This document shows positions 1 to 9,398 of a DNA stretch of 64,000 nt, piece by piece. Both the position numbers and the translations under genes were made by a program. The stretch is from Paraphysomonas bandaiensis (Eukaryota > Protista > Chrysophyceae): NCBI GenBank assembly GCA_965644295.1, contig CBFFRP010000360.1, forward strand, positions 1 through 64,000, read 5' to 3'. The notes below the pieces were generated by a model. That model ran no database searches. It saw only the letters and a list, made by a program, of their open reading frames with translations, and had not been told where the DNA came from. The first letter of the stretch is position 1. Every line of letters begins with the position of its first letter.

Positions 1-23
1 TTGATATTATTACCTCAACTTAT

Positions 24-228
24 TGTTATGCCTTATGCCTTATACCCACTCATAGCCAAATGCTTGTGTGGTACAAGAGGGACGAGGGACACTAATTAGT
101 ATCACTTGTGTAGACGTCTTTGGGACCTGACGAATAAACAGGCATCCGGGAATGGGCCCATCTCAAGGGTATCCGGGGTCCGGGGTATTGCGCTGCCTAC
201 TCATCAGGGTTATTCACCTTAGGGACAG
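24..228. repeat. Dispersed repeat, copy A (related to 45823-46030); possibly LTR-derived
   Basis: CCCACTCATAGCCAAATGCTTGTGTGGTACAAG...TCACTTGTGTAGACGTCTTTGGG.CCTGACGAATAAACAGGCATCCGGGAATGGGCCCA is shared near-identically with ~45830-45940. Both copies start TGTT(A/C)TGCC and contain AATAAA. No matching TSD found. Confidence 0.7.
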
Positions 229-673
229 AGAGCGAAAAAGTGGTTGCACCTTGGTGCTTGCGGTGATGCACAAGCAGCTTTCGTATCGCTAAATAGTAGG
301 ATATCAGAGTCAAGGTTTAGTTAGTTAAACTGTGTTACTGCTTTAGTGCTGACTCTTACACGCCTATGAAAACAATCAGTCTTTCACTCTCCGTTTCAGT
401 ATAGGAGAATATCGTATCCGTAGGTGTACATGCTCAGAATAGGCCAGTTAAGTATAAGGTATTTCGTGAAAAGAATTTTAAAAGGAGATACACATTTTGT
501 TGAATCAAAGCTTGCAGCTATATATGAAGCGGAACTTCTTATTACGACACAGTCAATATAAAGCGTAGCACCACGCCCATGTGTTTACTACAAACTCATA
601 CTAACTTGGATGAATATATCCTAGGAAGTACGCACAGGATACTTGATAAATATCATAAAATCCATTCGACCGC

Positions 674-2421
674 TTACAGAGTGTCAATACTTCTCATCCC
701 AGACCCGCCATATCCACTGTAGGGGACTGGGTCATTCCCAAGAATCATACTTATATTTTCCATATCAGTTTTAGACATCTTCTTAGCGATTTCAATCGCT
801 TTGAGATTTTCATCTAGTTGCTCCGGCTTGGTAGCCCCCAAAAGGACCGTAGAAACGTTTTCATTTTTCAGGCACCAAGCAAGGGCTAGCTGGCCGACAG
901 AACATTTGAAGTTGTTGGTTGCGTAGTCGGATAGCTTCCGCACCTGTGGTAATCAAAAAGGGATTACGTATATATTACAACTGACACTAATATAATACGA
1001 GCACATGATGCACTGAGAAAACTATAAACATACTCCTTGAACAATACCTTTTCAATTTTCCCGTCCTTGTGCCACTCCTGCAGCCGATCTTGCAACCAAC
1101 TATAACCCTTCATTTCCAGTCGAGATCCCTTAGGAATGGAGTTGTTATACTTTCCAGTTAGAAGTCCAGATGCAAGTGGAGACCATATTGTTGTTCCTAA
1201 AGAATCATGTTAGGCACAAGTATAAACCCAATCAAAGAATATACACATTTACATTAGACGGACTACTTGACATGTAAAACAAAATAAGATGACAAACGTA
1301 CCAATATTGTACGGTTGCTGATATATCGGGGCATATTCCACTTCAAAACGTTCTCTATGAAACATGTGGTATTGGGGTTGCTCGAACTGAGGAGGTTCAA
1401 GACCTATTACATATAAAAATTATTTCCACTGCAGTGAAAGATTCATAGGTATCATTGAATTAATACTACCGTGTGTCTTAGCAATCCAAACAGCCTCCGT
1501 AATCTGTTGTGCAGACCACTCAGAAGTGCCCCAGGCAGTAGCCTTTCCACTGCGCACCATGTCTGTCATCGCGCGAACCACAGTCTCTGTTGGTGTGAAT
1601 GGATCAGGTCGATGACAAAAAACCAGATCAACGTAAGTAACCTATGGGAACACGACGCCATCAGTGTATGAAGATAGTACAGGAGAAATGAATGAGAGAG
1701 ATGGGTGCCTTTGCATAATACTTACTTGAAGTCTTTTCAGGGACTCTTCTAGACCTTCCATAATATGTTTACGAGAGAGACCTTTCTCATTAACCCCATC
1801 TCCACCCCAAAATATCTGAATACAATAACAACCAGTTAATACATTCTCGGCTATACCCACTTCGGGTATACGCAAGTTACTTCTACATTAAACATGTTAG
1901 TACTGACCTTTGTTGTAATAATGAGGTCACTTCGTCTCCACTTTTCTGGATCTTCTTCAGTTAGCTGTTGCAATGCTAGGCCCATAATTCGTTCAGCGTC
2001 TCCTCTCTTCTCGCCGTATACTTCAGCGTTATCAAATAAATTCACTCCGGCATCTCGTGCAACACGTAAGCACTTCTTGGCCATATCGACTCCGGCCTGC
2101 TCTGATAGGTCGGATTTAGAACCAAAAGTTGCCCAAAATCCTTAAGCAAAGAGAGCATTATCGATATACAGACATGCATATACAGCAGCAGTGTATACCG
2201 TATGACAGGACGGACACTTGTAGTCCGGTGTTTCCCAGCATGCGGTACAGCATCTTCTTATCATCCCCATCACACACAGATGAGCTGGATGCATGTGCAG
2301 CTAATAGTGTAGCACTAGCACCTCCTACAGCAGTTGCTTTGAGTAGTTTAGGAGATAGACGAGGACAAGATCTTCCCGCAGATGATACTCGACGAAACAC
2401 ATGAGATGAGCAACGAAACAT
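674..2421 (-). CDS. Aldo-keto reductase, voltage-gated K+ channel beta-subunit (Kv-beta/AKR6-like) family; multi-exon
   Basis: Exon peptides include [33 protein letters not shown] (catalytic D/Y), [32 protein letters not shown] and [30 protein letters not shown]. Confidence 0.92.
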
Positions 2422-3050
2422 GGATTGATATTGAAGGATAGTTAAGGATTGTATAGATTGAGGTGGCTTGGCTGATATTTATGAGATCAGAGGAGAGAGC
2501 AGCGCTGTAGCTAGTTAACATGCGTGTCACACATCAAGTAGACCAAAGATCCACACGTAGAACACCCGTAGAAGCAACCCCTGCATACATACATACATAC
2601 AGACCTATATACGACGTACCTATATACGACGTACCTATGTACATACATACCTACATACCTACATACAGGGTGTATATGCATGTATAAACACTGTAGTTCG
2701 CGGTTCCATATGAATGTACGGAGGAACAGATGTCTGTATTTTATAGCAGGAGGGTCCACGTCTTGTAGTACGAGAGGATAGACCATAGCAGGTACCGTAT
2801 ATAGTGTATGAGTACATATGCAGCAGTATTTGTCCACATCGGGTGTTTTATACGAGGCTCGTCTACAGGTACACCTGCCCTACAGAGCCTGCCTATACGT
2901 AGAGCTCTATATAGCAGCAGAGGTAACACACGGCGCCACAGTAACACCACTAGATACTCCATCCAGCATATACATATACATAATCGCTACCATCCTCTCA
3001 GGTTCCATCCTATTATCCCGCCTGTCTGTTGCATCGAATTAAGGCTGAGA

Positions 3051-4179
3051 ATGATCATCAGGTGAGCCCATATACACATACATATATATGTATACGTATG
3101 CAGGCTATACATAACTAACCCTTCTTACAATCATCAGTTACTTTATTGCTGAAGATGGCGACTCTCCCGACCATCCGAATATATTCACACACAACGGCTC
3201 GTCTTTAACTCTAGGCCAGTTGAAGAAGGTGTGTGTATTGGCATGCGCCGTATGCATGTGACTGTGGTGTCCATACAGGTGTTTCCTGTACCAGGAGAAT
3301 ACCACTTTCGATTCAAAAGAACAGTAGGAAACATTCCGGTTTGGATGGATGCGACAGACGACAGTGCGTCTGTACCTGTACAAGACGGTAGAGTGCTGGC
3401 GAAAGTATCACGACTGAGTCTTCGTGGCGTTAATGTGCACGCACCACCTCAGTCTCACGCCTCACAACCTCAGGCTTCAGCTCAGAATGGTCCTTCCGCG
3501 TCAAGTCAGAAATCTACTCCCCAAGCCACATCCCCTCACGTACAAGGCAAAGCTCCTGAGCCTGAAAGCAGCAAAGCTCCCCCAGTGCGAAGAAACTCTG
3601 ATAAATTAATTAGTTTTGATAATTTTGATGATGTCCCAGCGGCATCTCAGCCAGGTATGAGTTTGGTATGTTAGTATAGGGTTTTATTTTATTCTCGGAT
3701 GTATGTAGCACAATCTTTTGACAATGATTTTTTGGATTTTTCGTCGACCCCGTCTGTTGCACCCAAGGTATGACTTACTGTTTCCACTGATGCCGAAACC
3801 TTTTTATTTTTGAATTCGAGTACACATACGCCACCCACACTTCTATCAACCATTTATATACTCTTTTGTGACACCGTTGTAGGCTCCATCTTCAGGTTCT
3901 AACCTTGACTTCCTGGGGTTTAGCGATGTGCCGCACTCTAGTACCCCTCCTATCCCCAGCATGAACACAGGTCTTAACAGCAGTAGTGATAGTATGCATC
4001 GCAGTCACTCGGGGAACTCTCTCAACTCAGGCATGGGTATGGGGGGAGGTATGAGTCGAGGTGGAATGAACTTTGATGCTTTCAGTAACATGGGTACTGG
4101 CAACAACAGCCCTATGAGAGGTGGACAGGGCGGGCAGCAGCAGTACAGAGGGGGGAACATGCAACAAGGTAGACGATAG
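3051..4179 (+). CDS. DIX-domain protein with low-complexity acidic/Phe-motif and Gly/Met-rich C-terminus; multi-exon
   Basis: Spliced N-terminus MIIR-YFIAEDGDSPDHPNIF...LTLGQLKK-VFPVPGEYHFRFK...VWMDATDDSASVPVQDGRVLAKVSRL matches the DIX-domain pattern. GT-AG introns are visible. Confidence 0.75.
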
Positions 4180-5322
4180 GGGTTACTAATCTACGCAGCT
4201 ACGGTGGTAGTATATTGTGTAGTGTCGACGCGGATACATATGTTGCTAATTGTACTGAGGAGACAGTGAATGGTGCATGTATACTTATTTAGTCTCGTAA
4301 TCTTTTGATTGGTCAAGTAACCCCACTTATTTTCATGTGACCACAGTTATTACTTTAATTAATGAAGTAAATCAATTTTAGTATCGGTTCCTTTTGAATC
4401 ACCGGCATTTCCCTCTCTTAATTTATTTCCCAGGCCTGCATTACATTAATTATTGGAGTAGCAAATTATTATTGCTATTATAGTATTATAGTAGACAGTA
4501 GACTGTCTAAACTACCAGCTCACACCATATATAGCTTAACAATGCAGCGAGGACCCTCATCGATGAACCCGCCGATGTCATTGCCCTTAGGAAACTGTTG
4601 AACTGCATTTGGTCACGAGTGACTGTCCAATTCTCTTTGGAATGCGAAATTGATGGCTAGAGTATGCGTCCATGTTTGAATGTTTTTTTATTTAAGTGAA
4701 TTCCATAAATACCTAGTAAACCTAGTAGTCAAACCTATATAAACTACACCAAATTGACTACGTTCAATAGTAAATCCCATTTATTTATTTTTTAATACCA
4801 TTTCTTTTACTGAATAGTTTATTGAGCGCATAGTTTACTGCATGCCGCTCGTATGTATATCGTATATCAGGGCCTCATAACCACTGATTCCAGGCAATAA
4901 TAATGGCCATTATTGTTACATGGAATGTTCAGCAAAAATATATATTCCGGAGCTGACATTACATTGTATTTTACGTCTATTTCATGAAGGCATGCTTTAT
5001 TAACAACAAACAACATCGCCATGTACTTGTATTCGTAAATTATTACATACTCATTATTTTCTTTCGCGTTTTAACCTGCTTTACTGTTCCTTCGTCATAA
5101 AAATAAAATTGATAAAGTTCACGAATCACTGCATGAGACATCAAATCGCTTACAAACTACCAAGTACAATATAGATCCAACCAAGCACAAGAATCCATAT
5201 ATCAGATCTAGGTGATGTTTCCACCAACTAGTGTGGGAAGTACGGAATAAATAGTAATATCCAACATTAGACAAGAGATACTAAAATTCAAATGTACAGT
5301 AGAGGTTACGGCTAATTGTGTA

Positions 5323-6132
5323 TTAGAAACGCGTGTAAGGAAGCTTTCCAGTAGCCATCTTTTTCATTTCCATTCTGTCTTGCTGGGCCTTCTGCGCCCT
5401 TCGCTCATCATCAAACGACTTCTGCTCATCGAGCTCACCTCTGTACTGAATACGCATTCGAGCCTTTTGCTCATTGATTTCATTTTCGTCGGCACCAATG
5501 AAAAATCCTGAATTATCATTTTCATGTGTGCGACGGTTCCGAGTGCGTGCGTCCTCGACGGGGTTGCGTGCACGTTCTTGCCTGTAAAATTCGGCAGCTT
5601 CAGCTTTCTTCCTCCTTTTCACCGCTTCTTCATCTTGTCCGATTTGAAATCCTTCCTAAACATATATCAGTTAAAGTGACTTGTTCGTACACGTCCAAAC
5701 CTCAACAGGGGATATATTCCTCACATACGGCTTTCTGCCAGCATTTTCATCGACATTGCATAAATCTTTCATTTTTCTCATATCATTCTCCAGTTGATTT
5801 TTATATTCCTGTTGAGCAGCTTTGCGTTGATCCTTCTTTTGACTTTCATCTGCGCCAATAAAGAAATTAATTCCGTCATCATCATCAGCACGCTGAGTTC
5901 TCTCTTTCAACATAACTTTCTCAACTCTCATCTCCAGTGGATGATCATCCGCATGAGCCCTCTCAAACTTTCTTTGTTCCATATCAGATTCCATTTGATC
6001 TTGTAACATGCGCCGATATGCTTTCGCTCGATCACCTCTGCCGTGATTAGGGGAGTGGATGATATTGGGGTCGTCCGTCTCGAATATAGCGCTACTCCTC
6101 TGAGCTTGAGCGAATTCTCTTCGTGTCTGCAT
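5323..6132 (-). CDS. Charged coiled-coil protein with internal repeats, function unknown; two exons
   Basis: ORFs 5671-6132 and 5323-5622 are joined by a short intron. Repeated unit FFIGADE...Y(K/R)xxL(E/D)...G(R/K)xPYxR. Confidence 0.65.
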
Positions 6133-6877
6133 GATATCTACGTGTAGTTTATAAGAAGATGATGTGTGTTGGGTGTTTTAATTCAAATCAGCCGCTGCTG
6201 TCTCGTCTGCATGTGCTCTGCAGGTGTCTGCTGTACGTGTACATGCACCTGTACATGGATGTCCAGTACATGCACTGCAGCCTACAGCATCCTCATATGT
6301 GGATGTGTACCGTTATATTCTCACAGAATTCATATCATACAGAAATACAGTAGAATACAATGAACGCATACTGCTGCTCGTGATGTCGAACTTTCTAGGA
6401 AATATTCACACTATATTCTGCTGAATATACTCTATCAAAACCCGCGATATTCTGGTAAGAAACTAAAATGAGGTTTTCAATTCCGAGTATTATACAAAAC
6501 AAGTCGTTTTGTCATTTTGGTTTGTATAATACGGCCCTTTTTATACAAACTCTGTAATCTATAGCGCCCAGTGGACATAAATCTCCACTTCTTACTTCTT
6601 CACGCATCCTCCAGGCAGAGTGCGAGCCGATGCAGTATCGTTCCTATAAACCCGCCTGTGTGTCTACATGGAGATCTCATCGCTTTAAATGAGGTGCTGT
6701 GTACATCAGTGTAGTTTCAACTGCCGTTCCTATTTCAAAGATCCACAGTCAGACACCATACAAGCATGGCCATAACATCACACCATTCGACAGTAATCTT
6801 CTGAGCACTTCTAGATCAGCATAAGCTCCACACCAACACCAACACAGTTATAATGACACCCTGCCGTTAAGACGTAG

Positions 6878-6963
6878 CTGCAACCCCTCCCACATCACTG
6901 TAACCCCTCCCACATCACTGTAACCCCTCCCACATCACTGTAACCCCTCCCACATCACTGTAA
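6878..6963 (+). repeat. 20-bp minisatellite, 4 copies of (T/C)AACCCCTCCCACATCACTG
   Basis: Directly visible tandem units starting at 6881, 6901, 6921 and 6941. Confidence 0.95.
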
Positions 6964-6999
6964 TGGAGTTAGAGGTACGTAACTCCGATTAACAAGTAT

Positions 7000-9201
7000 A
7001 TGTATTACGTAACCATTTATTTCTTCGAAATGCAGGGTTCATGCTTTATGAATGCGTGCATCCGTGTGAAATCTACGATTTCAGACCTTACATCTCATCA
7101 CCCTTTTAGACGAGCACGGACTAATTTTGTTTCATTAGACAGTTACACGGTCGACAATGTCTTACCCATTTTTAAAGATGTCTGGGAAGAACTGACGAAG
7201 CAGCCGCTCAAGAGTCCACTTTATATGCCCCCGTTGTTTCTCGAAAATGAAATGCTTTCTGAAATGGTTGAATGTTTAGTACATCTTATTTTGGTTCGAC
7301 TAAATTCGTTGGAGAAATTTGACACTGGGCATGGGATTATTGGCGGTATCGAAGGCACCGGTAAAACAACTATTGTTAAGGCTCTTGTAGTAGCGGTTGC
7401 TATATGTTGCCCCACCTTTATGATACTTTATTTTAATTATAAGCGTGCCTCTCGGTCCCCAAAGTCCCTAGTTTGTGAATTCGCTATAAGATACTACAAT
7501 CGAGATTTTGATGGTGTTTTTGGGGATTCCAGTACGATGCAATGCGCAAGCCAAAGGGGCTATAGCATATTAATGAAGCAAACCGTCGGGAAAGTTCTCT
7601 CTGTGGTAGCTCGCGGTAACGATGAAATTCAAGGGATGAGTGTTGGTCTTGTAGCGGATGAGTTCCAAGCATTGCTAGTCAAGGGAGCAGTGTTCACTGA
7701 CGAGCGAGTTGAAGTAGTCCGTCAGATGGAAGAGTTTGCCAAACACTATATCGCAGCATTGGTCATCATCACGGTTTCCAGTTCCACCTTTCGTGAGTGC
7801 CTCTATAACTCTCTCTACCCAGGCATCGACTATGTAAATTACCCAGACTTCAACAAGAGTTTATTTTCATATTTCCATGTGGCTGCATTGCGTACCGTAA
7901 AGGAGCTAGATCAATTCGTTCGAAAGCGGTACAGTGGGAAACCACAAATTTTTGAGGATAAATACTTAGCTGAATGTATGCACTCGACTGGAGGCATTGG
8001 ACAAAATATACATGTGTATATCAATAATGGATTGACACTTCCTCGTGCAGTGTCTCCTGTAGACGCCATCAGAGATCCTACCAGCCGATTTTACGTCCTT
8101 GCCGCATTAATTAGAAAGTATAATACTCCAGCAAGCGGAAGTAAGTTGGAGGCAGCAATTAGTTCTTGGAAACATCATCAGAAGTTTTTTATTACTCCAA
8201 CTGATGTCGGTATAGATATCAGCAATGCTGTTCGTGAAATGGCATTAAGAAAATTCCCTTATCCATTGCAATCTATCAATCAGTACGTAGATAGCGGGCT
8301 GCTGTATGTGAGCCATGACAGCAATCTCACTCCTGTGGCGGTGCAGCTGGCCCGTCCAGCAGATGCAGAATTTTATTATGGAAGCAATGTATCTCCTGAC
8401 GATTTCTTACGTCTGGATACCATTCGGTTGTCAGTATATCGGCCGGAGCTGGGTGTGGCGGCTGGAGATGCACTTGAGAACCTTTTAAGAACCAGAGTGC
8501 ATACACTCATTCAAAACTGCGATCCTTTCAATGGCACATTTATCAAAGTGGATAATAACAATTCACTAGCCTTTTGCTCGGACCTACGCCGCTCATGTTG
8601 GGAACCAGTGACTGTAAGCAGTATTCAAGACTACATTGGAAACAGATTACTTATATTGGAAAACGAAACTGGCGTGTATGGAGTTATTTTAACACTACAA
8701 CAGAACGTACAAGGAAAAGTGGTGATCGGTATATCTATATGGCAGTGCATGAGCGGTGCACTTTCTGCTGAGGTTGGTGGTGGTTCAATGGATACATACC
8801 GCAATCAATTGCAGTATAATGCCGAAGAAGATTTCCTCGGCATGTCGACTGCATTTCATAAGGACGACAAATACATTGCAGAAACAGTCACGCGGGCTGA
8901 AGCCGGGTTTATGAAACTGATACGATCCATTTTATTTAGTATTCCTGATATTTACTGCCAGGTGGAGTCGTTATTAATAACTACCACTAAAGGGGACACT
9001 TCTTCAGCTCAAAGTATGCTGAAAAATTGTGGTTCCCGACAGTCCATACCTAGTGACACGTTAGCAAAGGTCGTTGGGGGTATCAATGATGGGATGGCTC
9101 GAATTTCAAACAGACAGTACTCAATTATTCTTTACTCTGGTGACTCATGGGTCGCAGGTCTTCTCGAACCTGTTCTTGCTGATGTATGGGGTTCTTTGTA
9201 A
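7000..9201 (+). CDS. P-loop NTPase with a probable degenerate C-terminal restriction-endonuclease-like domain (Crinkler/RHS-type architecture)
   Basis: 733-aa uninterrupted ORF with Walker A GIEGTGKT, Walker B LVADEFQ and STGG motif. C-terminal ENETGVYGV...IWQCMSG resembles a decayed PD-(D/E)xK core. The true start may lie in an upstream exon (GT at ~6975, AG at ~7035). Confidence 0.65.
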   Translation: MYYVTIYFFEMQGSCFMNACIRVKSTISDLTSHHPFRRARTNFVSLDSYTVDNVLPIFKDVWEELTKQPLKSPLYMPPLFLENEMLSEMVECLVHLILVRLNSLEKFDTGHGIIGGIEGTGKTTIVKALVVAVAICCPTFMILYFNYKRASRSPKSLVCEFAIRYYNRDFDGVFGDSSTMQCASQRGYSILMKQTVGKVLSVVARGNDEIQGMSVGLVADEFQALLVKGAVFTDERVEVVRQMEEFAKHYIAALVIITVSSSTFRECLYNSLYPGIDYVNYPDFNKSLFSYFHVAALRTVKELDQFVRKRYSGKPQIFEDKYLAECMHSTGGIGQNIHVYINNGLTLPRAVSPVDAIRDPTSRFYVLAALIRKYNTPASGSKLEAAISSWKHHQKFFITPTDVGIDISNAVREMALRKFPYPLQSINQYVDSGLLYVSHDSNLTPVAVQLARPADAEFYYGSNVSPDDFLRLDTIRLSVYRPELGVAAGDALENLLRTRVHTLIQNCDPFNGTFIKVDNNNSLAFCSDLRRSCWEPVTVSSIQDYIGNRLLILENETGVYGVILTLQQNVQGKVVIGISIWQCMSGALSAEVGGGSMDTYRNQLQYNAEEDFLGMSTAFHKDDKYIAETVTRAEAGFMKLIRSILFSIPDIYCQVESLLITTTKGDTSSAQSMLKNCGSRQSIPSDTLAKVVGGINDGMARISNRQYSIILYSGDSWVAGLLEPVLADVWGSL

Positions 9202-9398
9202 AATGCATAGCTTTTGACGACTACAATGAGTTGAACTGATTCGATTGAGCTACCCCCTAAGAAAATAGTTACCTATAAGAATATAAACAACCGTTTGCTA
9301 TTCTTTAGTAATTATATGCTTTTCTTGTATTGCTATCTCGACAGTGTCGTTGTATTGTACGGGCCAACACTGTCCACTTGTTCTCCCTGTAATGTGTA

